DNA of 63,418 bases, counting the filler, from Aduncisulcus paluster (lineage: Eukaryota): the NCBI GenBank assembly GCA_024181965.1. It is 12 parts of 12 records of this genome, joined end to end, with 100 filler letters (N's around TTAATTAATTAA, not from the genome) between each part and the next. Parts side by side here need not be neighbours in the genome. Positions count along the whole stretch, not along the records: positions 58,229 to 62,235 come from BQXS01000528.1; positions 62,336 to 63,418 come from BQXS01000535.1; 10 more parts are not named here. The stretch is one strand, 5' to 3'. Position 1 is the stretch's first letter. Each line of letters begins with the position of its first letter. The position numbers were made by a program, and so were the translations under genes. The notes below the pieces were generated by a model. That model saw only the letters and a program-made list of their open reading frames with translations. It was not told the DNA's origin and ran no database searches. This document shows positions 61,847-63,418 of this stretch, piece after piece.

Positions 61847-62235
61847 TTAACACATTGAGAACATCAGTTCGACACAAGGATGGGTTTCACACACGAAAAA
61901 GATGAGGTTTCCTGAATCTCCCATAGATAGATCAACATGTCCACTACCATCTCCTTCGAACTGAAACGCAGGCATCATAATAGTAGAACAGATTGGACAT
62001 ACAAATTCTTCTTTTCCTTGAATCCAGGTGGGGTATCCAAAGATTTTGTCACCATGTGAGTGGAACAGATCAATGCATTCATCAAATGCCTTGGCTTCTT
62101 CCTTTGTTACAGCACACGAACGAAGGTCTGCAAGTGAAAAATATTCGGGAAAATCATAATCACCATAGAATCGAGCGATATCGACTTTCTTAACAGCAAA
62201 GGATTCAGCCACAAGATCATCGAAGCGACCAGGTC
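61847..62235 (-). CDS. DUF1963/YwqG-like protein, C-terminal fragment
   Basis: DKIFGYPTWIQG, CPIC, FQF and MGDSGNLIFFVC. Confidence 0.7.
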
Positions 62236-62335
62236 NNNNNNNNNNNNNNNNNNNNNNNNNNNNNNNNNNNNNNNNNNNNTTAATTAATTAANNNNNNNNN
62301 NNNNNNNNNNNNNNNNNNNNNNNNNNNNNNNNNNN

Positions 62336-63418
62336 TGGAGGACCGTCCTCGAATGCCCTCGACCCTGCCGCCAATGGTGCTAAAATTGGGGGGAGAATAT
62401 ATGAATCTTGGAGAAGCCCCACGAAGACAAGCATATTCCAAAGAAAAGTTTATCAGGGAGGAAATTGGGAAATTGGAGAGTGATGGAATCATCACGAAAT
62501 CGAAAAGTCCAATTTCTTCGCAAGTGGTGGTTGTTCCAAAGAAAGGGAATACTTTCCGCATGTGTGTGGATTACCGGAGGGTTAATCTCCATTTGGAGGA
62601 TTTGAAATTTCCACTGCCAAGGATAGACGACATATTTCATACTCTTGAAGGAAAGAAATGGTTTGCTGTACTCGATCTAAAGAGCGGATATCATCAGATT
62701 TTGCTTGAAAAGAGCTCAGCGTACATATCAGCATTCGTCACTTCAACGGGTTTATTTGAGTATACAAGAGTACCTTTCGGCCTCAAGACAGCGCCGGCGT
62801 ACTTCCAGATGTGTATGTCAAATGCGTTCGCTGATTTATTGTTCTGCTGCTGTATCATCTACATTGATGATATTATCGTATTTGGTAGAGACGATAAAGA
62901 GTTTGTGGAGAACCTCAGATCCGTGTTGATGAGGTTGAATGATTTGAATTTATCATTGAATAGATCCAAATGCATAATTGGGGTAGAGAAGTGGAGTATC
63001 TGGGCTTCGTGGTAAACTCCAAAGGAAGGAAAATATCGACAAAAAGATTGGAGGCTTTGAACCAGATACAACCACCAAGAACAAAGAAGGGGGTTCGTCG
63101 AATGATGGGCACTCTAAATTATCTGAGAGATTTTATTCCAAGATACGTCGAATTAACTCAGCCAATAAGTGATCTACTCAAGGAAAAAGGAGATCTAACA
63201 TGGGGAAAATTACAGAAGGATGCATGGAAGAGAATCGTTCTGAGCTTGGAAGGAAATAGGGAACTGTTCCATTACAATCCAGACTGTCCTTTAATCCTTA
63301 GGACTGATGCTTCGAACCAGGGACTGGGTGGAGCACTCATAATGATCAAGAATGGAAAAGAAGTCCCCATTCTTTTCTTCGCTAAGAAATTCACAGAACA
63401 AGAAAAACATTGGTGCAC
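62336..63418 (+). mobile_element. Ty3/Gypsy LTR-retrotransposon pol fragment (RT plus RNase H), 1-nt frameshift at ~62990
   Basis: RMCVDYRRVN, FPLPRIDD, LDLKSGYHQ, VPFGLKTAP and YIDD. The shifted frame continues VEYLGFVV...MGTLNYLRDFIP...LRTDASNQGLGGAL. Confidence 0.95.

Noticed and set aside
23259-62335. Recurrent TTAATTAATTAA motif between N runs, and apparent gene clustering across it (e.g. Hop1 near Hop2)
   Set aside because: This is an artificial six-frame-stop contig linker, so synteny across it is meaningless.
20236-63015. Programmed frameshifting in Hop1 (~20255), the BPI-like gene (~59472) and RT (~62990)
   Set aside because: These are single-base differences in homopolymer contexts, and the duplicate Hop1 copy has the correct T8.

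Overview
This window is eukaryotic nuclear DNA from a draft assembly, not prokaryotic DNA. It is about 12 unrelated contigs joined by artificial N-TTAATTAATTAA-N linkers. Ten 20-N gaps are flanked by duplicated read overlaps, and there are several homopolymer-type frameshifts. Genes are densely packed, use the standard code, and carry short GTATGT...AG introns. The content suggests an anaerobic free-living protist of the Fornicata (Carpediemonas-like, perhaps Aduncisulcus-like); this assignment is inference. Recognisable loci are tRNA-Lys(CTT), a CDC48/AFG2-family AAA protein, a large type-I membrane protein, meiotic Hop1 (HORMA) and Hop2, a possible Spc25, a PPP phosphatase, a CLN5-like protein, a kinesin-5 fragment, three BPI/LBP-family genes, an internalin-like LRR protein, an ICMT/PEMT-family methyltransferase, CPSF100, an exosome RNase-PH subunit, glycine-cleavage H protein, a DUF1963-like protein and Ty3/Gypsy pieces. 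The most intriguing signals are: (1) an unassigned, highly structured ~170-220 nt RNA directly behind a terminator-less tRNA-Lys, plus a divergent UNCG hairpin ~110 bp upstream; (2) a GcvH whose organelle presequence sits on its own exon; (3) an AAA protein with both Walker B motifs degenerate; (4) a PPP phosphatase with a signal peptide or membrane anchor.
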